Source: a virus. From it: a DNA stretch of 64,000 nucleotides. The notes under the pieces were generated by a model, which saw only the letters and a program-made list of their open reading frames with translations, had not been told where the DNA came from and ran no database searches. The position numbers and the translations under genes were made by a program. Position 1 is the stretch's first letter; each line of letters opens with the position of its first letter. Positions 56,265 through 64,000 of the stretch are shown here, piece by piece. Location of the stretch: the IMG/VR virus record IMGVR_UViG_3300010413_000021, positions 6,649 through 70,648 of that record. One strand, 5' to 3'.

Positions 56265-57116
56265 ATGCCAACTAAATTTATATGTGACATCGGCGCGAAT
56301 CACAACGCCGACTTTAACCGTCTCACCCGCCTGGTAAAGACCGCCAAGCGCATCGGCTGTGACGGGGTGAAGGGGCAGTTGTTCAATGAAAACCTATACG
56401 CCCCGCAGTTCAAACAGCAGCGGGACATGATGGCAAAGCGGGCAATGCCTGAAGGTTTTATTATCGAACTGCACAAGCTATGCAAGGATGAGGGGCTGGA
56501 GTTTCACATGACACCCTTTTCCCTTGAAGCAGTAGACAAGCTGGCAAATTGGGTGGACGGGCTGAAAATCGGCAGCTATGAAATATTGTGGCTGGACTTG
56601 ATACGGAAATGTTTAGAAACCGATCTCCCTGTTGGTATAAGCACAGGAAATTGCAATGAAAAAGACTTGTGGAACGTATCTGACATGATGGATGATCTTG
56701 AACTGTTACATCCTGATGATCCACCGCACACTTTATATCATTGTATTGGGCACTATCCAGCAAACCCTGATACTAGCAATTTGAAAAACATCAAAGAGTT
56801 GAATAGAATTTTTTGTTTTGATTTTAAGATTGGCTACTCCGATCACACCCGCTCCCCTGGTGTGATATACCGGGCGATAATGGTGGGGGCTGAGGCAATA
56901 GAATTTCACCTTGACCTGGACGGAGAGGGCTGGGAGTTTGAGCATGGACACTGCTGGTTGCCTGCTGAGATACAGGAAGTAATCAGCAATGTCAGGATAG
57001 GCGAACTGGCAGTCAGTGGTGAGCGGTCTGATGACAGTGAAATCAGGAAGTGGAGAACTGACCCTGTTGACGGTATGCGGCCTCTTGCACAATACCGTGA
57101 GGAGCTAAGTAAATGA
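56265..57116 (+). CDS. neuB: NeuB-family nonulosonic acid synthase (PseI/SpsE-like), without a C-terminal SAF domain
   Basis: DIGANHN, KGQLF, TPFS, LKIGSYE, ISTG, HC...YP, GYSDHT and IEFH motifs. Confidence 0.92.
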   Translation: MPTKFICDIGANHNADFNRLTRLVKTAKRIGCDGVKGQLFNENLYAPQFKQQRDMMAKRAMPEGFIIELHKLCKDEGLEFHMTPFSLEAVDKLANWVDGLKIGSYEILWLDLIRKCLETDLPVGISTGNCNEKDLWNVSDMMDDLELLHPDDPPHTLYHCIGHYPANPDTSNLKNIKELNRIFCFDFKIGYSDHTRSPGVIYRAIMVGAEAIEFHLDLDGEGWEFEHGHCWLPAEIQEVISNVRIGELAVSGERSDDSEIRKWRTDPVDGMRPLAQYREELSK

Positions 57117-57193
57117 GTATAATATTTTGTCTATTGCCTGCACTTGTTATCGGTGGTTTTTTAATCTTACTTGCTAAAATGGATGAGAATTAA

Positions 57194-57376
57194 ATGTCTA
57201 ATTGGCCCACAAGCAGAAAAGTCTCAGTAGCACTATTGTATTTACTATTCTTTCCCCTTTGGCCTATATGGTTATTGATACTAGGAGTAACAGCATTGAT
57301 TTACTACGCACAGCCACCGGATGAACGCGGTAAGTTTTCCGATTGGATTCCTGTGGGTGGGAGTTTGTATTTATAA
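57194..57376 (+). CDS. Small membrane protein
   Basis: Long hydrophobic stretch. Confidence 0.55.
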   Translation: MSNWPTSRKVSVALLYLLFFPLWPIWLLILGVTALIYYAQPPDERGKFSDWIPVGGSLYL

Positions 57377-57570
57377 TGCCTAAAATGTTCCAACCTAATA
57401 TTGACTCCGTGCAAGCGGAACTGGAGAACTGGAACTGTGTTGACTGTTCAGATTACAGAGAAAAGCCCGGCAAAATGAACTACTGCAAAGCCGGTGGGGA
57501 GCTAAGGTTTATCCCGCGTTACATTGACGTTAAGAAAACGCACCCGGCGTGGTGTCCGTTGGAGGGTTAA
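57376..57570 (+). CDS. Small Cys-rich protein
   Basis: CVDC...YC...PAWCPL. Confidence 0.55.
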   Translation: MPKMFQPNIDSVQAELENWNCVDCSDYREKPGKMNYCKAGGELRFIPRYIDVKKTHPAWCPLEG

Positions 57571-58605
57571 ATGGTAGAAACGAAAAACCGGGAATGGCTT
57601 ATTACTGGTGGTAGTGGTTCATTGGGAAAGGCACTAACTAAGGTTCTGTTAAAAGAACAGCAACCTAGAGGTATTCGTATTTTTTCAAGGGGTGAGATTG
57701 CTCAATGGGCAATGGAACATAGTGGAGAATTTGATGGGCCGGTGTCCTATTTAATAGGTGATGTAAGAGATAAAGACAGATTACGCAGAGCCATGGAAGG
57801 GGTTGATTTTGTAGTTCACGCAGCTGCCATAAAAAGAATTGATGCAGCAGAAAAAGACCCAATGGAGGCAATCAAAACCAACGTCAACGGGGCAATGAAC
57901 GTGATTGATGCTGCCTTGGATGCAAGGGTTGAGCGGGTGATGAACATTTCTACCGACAAAGCGGTTTACTCAATCAACCTGTATGGGCACACCAAGGCAG
58001 TTGCTGAAAAGCTGTTTGTCCATGCTAATGTTTATCGGAGTGGGTCACAGGGGGTTATTAATGATCCTTGGCTATCACAAAGGGTAAAAGAAGGATTTAC
58101 TTCAGTAACAAAGAAAAACATCACCCGCTTTTCCTGCTGCCGGTATGGTAACGTTTTAGGCAGCAGGGGATCAGTTGTGCCACTGTTCAAACAGCAAGCT
58201 GAACAGGGCATACTAACTTTAACTGATCTGAGGATGACGCGGTTCTGGATCACCTTGCCGCAGGTTGCCCGGTTCATCATTGCCCGGTTGCAGGACATGG
58301 AAGGCGGGGAAATATTCATCCCCAAAATGCCCAGCATGAAAATCAGCGATATGGCCACCTGCATTGTGCCAGATCATGAAACAGAGTTTAAACTTACTGG
58401 CGTCCGGCAAGGGGAAAAGCTGCATGAGACTTTGATTACATGGGAAGAGGGAGAGCGGGTTTTTATATCATCACAAGATGATAGTTACTATATTATTCAC
58501 GAAGCTGGGCAGTTTCCTACTGGAACTGCATTTGTTTGGACTTCAGAAAACAACACAGAATGGCTTACCCCTGAAACATTAAAGGAAATGCTGGAGGAGG
58601 ATTAA
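57571..58605 (+). CDS. pseB: UDP-GlcNAc 4,6-dehydratase (PseB/FlaA1-like)
   Basis: ITGGSGSLG, IGDVRD, HAAAIK, STDKA, NLYGHTK, RYGNVLGSRGSVVP, RMTRFWIT and GEKLHE motifs. Confidence 0.93.
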   Translation: MVETKNREWLITGGSGSLGKALTKVLLKEQQPRGIRIFSRGEIAQWAMEHSGEFDGPVSYLIGDVRDKDRLRRAMEGVDFVVHAAAIKRIDAAEKDPMEAIKTNVNGAMNVIDAALDARVERVMNISTDKAVYSINLYGHTKAVAEKLFVHANVYRSGSQGVINDPWLSQRVKEGFTSVTKKNITRFSCCRYGNVLGSRGSVVPLFKQQAEQGILTLTDLRMTRFWITLPQVARFIIARLQDMEGGEIFIPKMPSMKISDMATCIVPDHETEFKLTGVRQGEKLHETLITWEEGERVFISSQDDSYYIIHEAGQFPTGTAFVWTSENNTEWLTPETLKEMLEED

Positions 58606-58607
58606 TT

Positions 58608-58961
58608 ATGTGGTTTGTATTTTCAACTTGCACCTTTCTTTATGCTCTTGGTATGCTACATGGAACTAAACTTAGTGGTAGAAAAGAAGTCTATGCTATG
58701 GCTTTGCTTTATTGCATAATTGCTTTCTTCATTTCTTTTCCTGCTTCTTGGTATGACATAAAACAAAAATTAGCAGGAATAGAGGAGGTGAGGGAAAGTG
58801 TAGAATTAGCAAGGCAAAACAATGAGTTCGAAAAAGCAGCTTTACAACACAAAATAATTGAAGCTAACCAAGCCATTGCAGAATACCAATACAGAAACAC
58901 AGTGCTTTGGTTTTGTATGTGGGTGCCTGATGAAGTGGATGAAGTTAAATTAATTAAGTAA
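58608..58961 (+). CDS. Membrane protein
   Basis: Two N-terminal hydrophobic helices and a coiled coil. Confidence 0.55.
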   Translation: MWFVFSTCTFLYALGMLHGTKLSGRKEVYAMALLYCIIAFFISFPASWYDIKQKLAGIEEVRESVELARQNNEFEKAALQHKIIEANQAIAEYQYRNTVLWFCMWVPDEVDEVKLIK

Positions 58962-58972
58962 AGGAAAACTAA

Positions 58973-59575
58973 ATGATCTACCATAACGAAACCACTCGCA
59001 TACGCCCGGCCCTTGCATCTGACTTGAGTAATCAATATGTGCAATGGTTGAATGATCCGCAAACTAACATTTACACCAGCCGAGGGATATGGCCGGTTTA
59101 CCACCATGAAGCAAAGGACTATCTGGAATCCCTGCCCGGTGATGAAACTAAAATAGTATGGGCAATAGAATGGTGCCCTGAGGGGAAACTAAGTGGAACG
59201 CACATCGGCAACATTGCCTTGCAGCAGATTGACCTTTTGAACCGCTCCGCAGAACTGGCAATCCTGATTGGCAACAAATCAGCACAGGGGCAGGGCCACG
59301 CAACACGGGCAATGCGGATGGTGATTGCTCACGGGTTCACCCGGCTGGGACTTAATAGGATTTGGGCGGGGACGGCAGAGGGAAATGAGGGGTTCAGGAA
59401 AGCAGCAATTAAATGTGGGATGGGAATTGAAGGGGTGGCGGTTCAGGCACTATGGCTGGACGGAAAGTTTGTTAGTGTTCACAGCTATGCAATAACTAGA
59501 GGCATGTGGGATATTCATCAGCAGGAATCAGAACCGGCCCTGCCGTTTGAGGAGAATAATGATTTGGATAAGTAA
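58973..59575 (+). CDS. GNAT N-acyltransferase (RimJ/PseH-like)
   Basis: YVQWLNDP, HIGNIAL, AELAILIG, GQGHA and LGLNRIW motifs. Confidence 0.85.
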   Translation: MIYHNETTRIRPALASDLSNQYVQWLNDPQTNIYTSRGIWPVYHHEAKDYLESLPGDETKIVWAIEWCPEGKLSGTHIGNIALQQIDLLNRSAELAILIGNKSAQGQGHATRAMRMVIAHGFTRLGLNRIWAGTAEGNEGFRKAAIKCGMGIEGVAVQALWLDGKFVSVHSYAITRGMWDIHQQESEPALPFEENNDLDK

Positions 59576-60563
59576 AAAACTACAGCCACAGTTAAGAGCA
59601 AGTCAAGCAATGATTGATGCTGGGTATGGAAAAGCACCCCCTAATAATTGTTTGTCTTTCACAGAGCGCGGTAGATTTTACATAGTAAATACGTTTAAAT
59701 GTAATAATCATTGCTCTTTTTGTTCATTCCATAAAATACAAATACAGGAATGTTCTACCGCAAAACTAAGTAAACAGATTGATCGAGCATTTGAATCAAA
59801 TACAGGTTTTTCAAATTACTCCATTTCAATTACAGGGGGTGAACCATTAATAAAACAAGTTAGATTGGCTTCAATAATGGAATCTTTGCAAAAACATAAT
59901 GATCATATCAGATGGATTGGTTTTGGAACTAACGGATCATTACCCATTCCAGATTATTTACTTAACAAGTATGATAAAAAAGAAATACGATTTTACATAA
60001 GCAGACATCATTATAACGAAAAACGAAGCAGGCTTATCTTTGGTAATCCAAATCCAAAGCAATCCTTTGAAAAGTGTGTTACTTCATTGACAAATAAAAA
60101 CCATATCAAGTTAGCTGCAACTTGCAATTTGATTAAAGGACAGATTGACTCACTTAGTGAACTATGCAAATATTTAGATTGGGTAAAAAAACTAAACATT
60201 CACACTGTGGTTTTTCGTGAGCTAAACAAAATTGGAAAAGAAACAGCTTCTTATCCAGATCCAGAAATAAAACGGTATATGAATTATCGGGAACGATGCT
60301 TAGTCGACATGAACTCCATTTTGCAAAAAATACAGGAACATGCAGAGTTTGAATTTGTAGAGCAAACAGTAAGACCATTCATTTATCACGAAGTTTGGAA
60401 ACGAAACGGAACAATCATTACTTTTCGCCGTATTAGCGAGGAAGGGTTGCTTTCTTATAACAGACAAGACTCACGGATTGATGAGTTAGTTTTATGGCCT
60501 AACAGCAGGCTTTGTGGCTGTTGGGATTATGATATGAAAGTTTTAGAAAAGGAGGTGATGTAA
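59559..60563 (+). CDS. Radical SAM protein
   Basis: CNNHCSFC, ITGGEP, TNGS and ISRHHY motifs. Confidence 0.85.
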   Translation: MIWISKKLQPQLRASQAMIDAGYGKAPPNNCLSFTERGRFYIVNTFKCNNHCSFCSFHKIQIQECSTAKLSKQIDRAFESNTGFSNYSISITGGEPLIKQVRLASIMESLQKHNDHIRWIGFGTNGSLPIPDYLLNKYDKKEIRFYISRHHYNEKRSRLIFGNPNPKQSFEKCVTSLTNKNHIKLAATCNLIKGQIDSLSELCKYLDWVKKLNIHTVVFRELNKIGKETASYPDPEIKRYMNYRERCLVDMNSILQKIQEHAEFEFVEQTVRPFIYHEVWKRNGTIITFRRISEEGLLSYNRQDSRIDELVLWPNSRLCGCWDYDMKVLEKEVM

Positions 60564-60676
60564 ATGCCTAGTCGGCCATATCGTCCAATCAAACCAGGCA
60601 CATAATGCATATGTGGGTGTTCTGCCTCCAGAACACCCCCTAAAACGCTCATATTTGGCTTCTAAGAGGACTTTTT

Positions 60677-63508
60677 ATGAAGAATGATACAAACCATTAC
60701 CAGAAAAATCTTGAAGCGATAAGGTCTTTATATCCGGCCCTTGCAGAATGGATTGAAAAGACTAACCCGGTGGACTGGATTACTCGGGCACAGAGCAAAA
60801 ACGGCACTAACAATCTGCTCATCCGGCAGGCTAACCGCTGGGCACCAGCCTATGATATGGAAGATGCCCTGAAAAACGTCAAGGAAGCATTGAAGAGCAT
60901 CCCCTGTCTGTATCGTCAGGGAGTTAGTGTTATACTCGGTTTCGGGCTGGGGCACTTAGTCAATGAAATATTTCAGACCTGTGAGCAGGGGCACCATGTA
61001 TTAGTTGCAGAGCCTACCGCGCACATGATCCGGCTTGCCCTGATGGAATATGACTTTTCAAAGCAGATTAAGGATCAGCATTTAGTTATCTGTGCCCCAT
61101 CCGATGCAGAGTTAGTATTTGCTCTGAATGTAACAGAAGCAAGGAAAGCGGTGGAATACTGGAATACCCTGATGGAACCCTATACCACCGCCCGCCCGGA
61201 CGAATATGCGGAACTGGCAAAAACCACTATGAGGACAATAAACCAGATCAGGTGCAATACCGGCACAGTGATTGGAGCAGGGGCGCAGATAGCAGATAAT
61301 GGAATAGCCAACCTGCCATGGGTGGTCCGGCACCGGGGAGTAAAGGAACTGGAAAACTTATACAAAGGCAAACCGGCTATCTGTGTCTGCACCGGGCCGA
61401 GCCTTGAACGCAATATACATTTACTAAAAGAAGCACAGGACAAAGCAATTATAATATGTGTTGGGCAGGCTATCAGGCCGTTACTTGCTTATGATATTAA
61501 ACCAGACTTCGCCACCACGGTTGACTTCGGTAAGGTAAACGAGGGGCACTTTCGGGGGCTGATGGATTGTGGTGTGCCTCTCGTTTGCCTTGATAGGACG
61601 TATGCCCCGCTGTTGAAGCAATGGCAGGGGCCGAAGTTCGTCGTGGGCACCCCTACCGCTGCACCAGATGAATCCGCTCACGGTGTTCTCAATGCCAAGG
61701 GCTGTCTGGATCAGGGCGGGTCCGTTGCTCACATGAGCCTGGGGCTTGCCAAGCATCTGGGCTGCAATCCGATTATGTTAGTTGGGCAGGACCTGGCATT
61801 ATCTGATAGGAGCCACACCCGGCAGGCAGACGCGGCGGGGAACGTGTCTGTTACTCCTGAAGGGGAGATAGCATGGCACGTAAAAGACCCGCTCTGCCAT
61901 CTCCATGACCAGCATCACAGCATGGGTGGGGTAATGAAAGTTCCAGGTTATTATGGTGAGCCTGTAATGACTAACTCCGGGCTGGCTTCATTCATCAATG
62001 TTTTTGAGATACTAATTGCAAACTATAAAGCAAAGGTAATCAATGCCACTGAGGGCGGGGCAAAGATAAAAGGAACAATCCCGCTTTGGCTTGATGATGC
62101 TATTGTCAAGTATTGTAAACAATCGTTCCCAAAAACCAAACATCTGCACTTGTTTTCTTTGGCAGACAACGCCGATGAACTGATTAAAATCTGCACCAAA
62201 TCTCTCACTGAGGACTTGAAAACATTTGACAGGATAATTGACTATTGCCGGAAGGGATTGAAAACTCTGACCGGCATGATTACTGCCAGCAGAAAGGGAA
62301 GTCACAAGCAACTGAGAAAGCAGCTTGATGAAAATACCAAGTGGAGCAACCTTGCCCATGAGGAAAGCCAGAAGATACCGCTGATGGGAGTGGCAATATT
62401 CGGGGCGCAGCAACAGATACAAATGCGGGAGATGAACATAAAGCAGCAGGTAAAAGTCAAGCTGAAAGAGAATTTCACCTACGAACAGACAATGGAAGCC
62501 AAGAAAAAGGCCATGACCAAACATCTGCTCAGCGGAGAAACAGCAGACCTGCAAATCCTGATTAAGCGTAACCGGCATATACTTAGTGAAGCAAAGAAGG
62601 CAGCGGAGTCATTGAGGAAAAGTTACAAGCAGGCACTGGCAGACCTGAAAAAAGACCCGGCAGAGTTCCGGCAGGAGGAGCCAATACAGCTTGACAAAAT
62701 GCCTCAGTTCTTTGAGGATGGAAACTTTGCCCGGCCACTTTTAGAAGCCCGGCGCTATATGAAGGCAACCGTGGTGGAAACCGGGAAAGAGGCATCAGAG
62801 TGGTGCAAGGCGTGGGATCTGCGGGAGCGGGCGCTGGAGAAACGGGCAGAGGCAATCAAGGAAGCCGATAAGCTGAGAGCCAAAGAACGGAAGGAAAAAA
62901 GACACCTGCTGCCTATGTATCATTGGCACATTGAACGGAGCAGGGAAGCAGGCCGGGCCGAACCGCCGAAGTTTCACCGGGCGCTGCGGTGGCTGAAACT
63001 TGCTCAGAAGTTGTTTCCAAATGATGAGACTGCTCAATACGGCATTGCTACCACGCTTCATCATTTGCAACGATATGAGGATAGTATATGCCAGTATGAA
63101 CGATTAGTGAAAAACTATCCTGAGAAATCAGACTATCGGTTTGAATTGGGGCAGGTGCAGATCAAGGCTGGGGAAGTAAACAAGGGATTGAAAAACATCA
63201 CAGAGGCCATGAAGGGAACCAAGAAGCATGATGGTTTCCTGCCGGTGCTTGCTCAGATCAAGATTGACCTGGCAAAGAAGCCGAAAGAGAAACTTGAACA
63301 GACGGAAGATGAACAGGAGAAAAAGAAACTACAGAAGCAAGTCAACCGACTACACAAAGATGCCCTTGAAGCACTAAACCTCTACCTGGCCGATTCACCC
63401 TATGACTATGCAGCATTGAATAAAAAAGCCCAATGCCTGGAAGCACTGGGCAAAACGAAGGACGCGGAAGAGATCCGCCAGCAGTTGAAGGAATTAGGGG
63501 TGAATTAA
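60677..63508 (+). CDS. maf: Maf-family (DUF115/MAF_flag10) glycosyltransferase with helical region and C-terminal TPRs
   Basis: GFGLGH, AICVCTGPSLERN, IKPDF..TVD, GGSVAH..LGLAKHLGCNPIMLVGQDLA and INATEGGAKI motifs; TPR-like YEDSICQYERLVKNYPEKSDYRFELG. Confidence 0.88.
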   Translation: MKNDTNHYQKNLEAIRSLYPALAEWIEKTNPVDWITRAQSKNGTNNLLIRQANRWAPAYDMEDALKNVKEALKSIPCLYRQGVSVILGFGLGHLVNEIFQTCEQGHHVLVAEPTAHMIRLALMEYDFSKQIKDQHLVICAPSDAELVFALNVTEARKAVEYWNTLMEPYTTARPDEYAELAKTTMRTINQIRCNTGTVIGAGAQIADNGIANLPWVVRHRGVKELENLYKGKPAICVCTGPSLERNIHLLKEAQDKAIIICVGQAIRPLLAYDIKPDFATTVDFGKVNEGHFRGLMDCGVPLVCLDRTYAPLLKQWQGPKFVVGTPTAAPDESAHGVLNAKGCLDQGGSVAHMSLGLAKHLGCNPIMLVGQDLALSDRSHTRQADAAGNVSVTPEGEIAWHVKDPLCHLHDQHHSMGGVMKVPGYYGEPVMTNSGLASFINVFEILIANYKAKVINATEGGAKIKGTIPLWLDDAIVKYCKQSFPKTKHLHLFSLADNADELIKICTKSLTEDLKTFDRIIDYCRKGLKTLTGMITASRKGSHKQLRKQLDENTKWSNLAHEESQKIPLMGVAIFGAQQQIQMREMNIKQQVKVKLKENFTYEQTMEAKKKAMTKHLLSGETADLQILIKRNRHILSEAKKAAESLRKSYKQALADLKKDPAEFRQEEPIQLDKMPQFFEDGNFARPLLEARRYMKATVVETGKEASEWCKAWDLRERALEKRAEAIKEADKLRAKERKEKRHLLPMYHWHIERSREAGRAEPPKFHRALRWLKLAQKLFPNDETAQYGIATTLHHLQRYEDSICQYERLVKNYPEKSDYRFELGQVQIKAGEVNKGLKNITEAMKGTKKHDGFLPVLAQIKIDLAKKPKEKLEQTEDEQEKKKLQKQVNRLHKDALEALNLYLADSPYDYAALNKKAQCLEALGKTKDAEEIRQQLKELGVN

Positions 63509-64000
63509 GCTATATCTTCCGACCTGCACTTTTCAATGAAATCAGCGCCACTGTTCTCTACTCGAAATGTGATTTGAGAATAGTGGCCTTCTGCAATAGC
63601 CACACCACCAGCCAAAGCAACTCCTGCATCAAACAGATAATTTGCCCCCCATGTAATAGCCCCCAACCCGGCTACTCCGGGGTTGTTATAAATCATAATA
63701 GTAAACTCCTGACCATCTGTTCCATTGGTGGCATTGTTAATAGTGAAATTGACTGCATCACTAGCATCAATATAGAAATAATCACCATTATTAAGGTTTG
63801 GAGTCATAGCAGCGGAGTAAGCCAAAGCAACCCGGCCCTCTGATCCCTTCATGGTTGCCTTGCCATAGTTGTCAATATCCATGGTAGTCAGATCAAGCAT
63901 TGCAGCATTACTATTTGAAAGCACGGTTGCGGGATTATAAATATACATATTGCTCAAGGACACCCGCCCGCTAGTAGCAGCAGCATCGTCAATAAAATTG
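63505..64000 (-). CDS. Tail fibre/virion protein C-terminus; open beyond the window end
   Basis: The frame has no stop up to 64000; TPNLNNGDYF...NFTINNATNGTDGQEFTIMI...ITWGANYLF resembles phage tail-fibre distal domains. Its stop overlaps the maf stop. Confidence 0.6.
   Translation of the reverse strand, partial: NFIDDAAATSGRVSLSNMYIYNPATVLSNSNAAMLDLTTMDIDNYGKATMKGSEGRVALAYSAAMTPNLNNGDYFYIDASDAVNFTINNATNGTDGQEFTIMIYNNPGVAGLGAITWGANYLFDAGVALAGGVAIAEGHYSQITFRVENSGADFIEKCRSEDIA

Noticed and set aside
51548-63508. Host LPS/flagellar glycosylation island flanking a prophage
   Set aside because: No flagellin, flippase or housekeeping genes. The genes are coupled to the phage sbcC operon, interleaved with phage-type ORFs and followed by a virion-type gene.

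Overview
The window is a large part of a tailed dsDNA phage genome. No integrase, tRNA, CRISPR array or host chromosomal flank was seen. The left arm (1-22.7 kb, minus strand) is a virion and lysis operon: GH108 endolysin, TerS/TerL, HK97-type portal/protease/capsid, a neck, and a Mu/P2-like contractile tail with a -1 frameshifted chaperone. The right arm (22.9-63.5 kb, plus strand) is a self-sufficient replication and recombination module: SNF2 helicase, primase, iteron-bearing initiator, DnaB-like helicase, beta clamp, DnaX-like loader, split UDG-exonuclease/PolA, UvsY/gp32/RecA-like genes, and split SbcC with SbcD. It ends in the most striking feature, a ~12 kb nonulosonic-acid (pseudaminic-acid-like) sugar pathway: PseB-like dehydratase, DegT aminotransferase, two GNATs, NeuB-family synthase, cytidylyltransferase, oxidoreductase and radical SAM. 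This pathway is capped by a 943-aa Maf-family (flagellin-type) glycosyltransferase with TPRs, a candidate phage-encoded protein O-glycosylation system. All family calls come from motif recognition by eye; no database searches were run.
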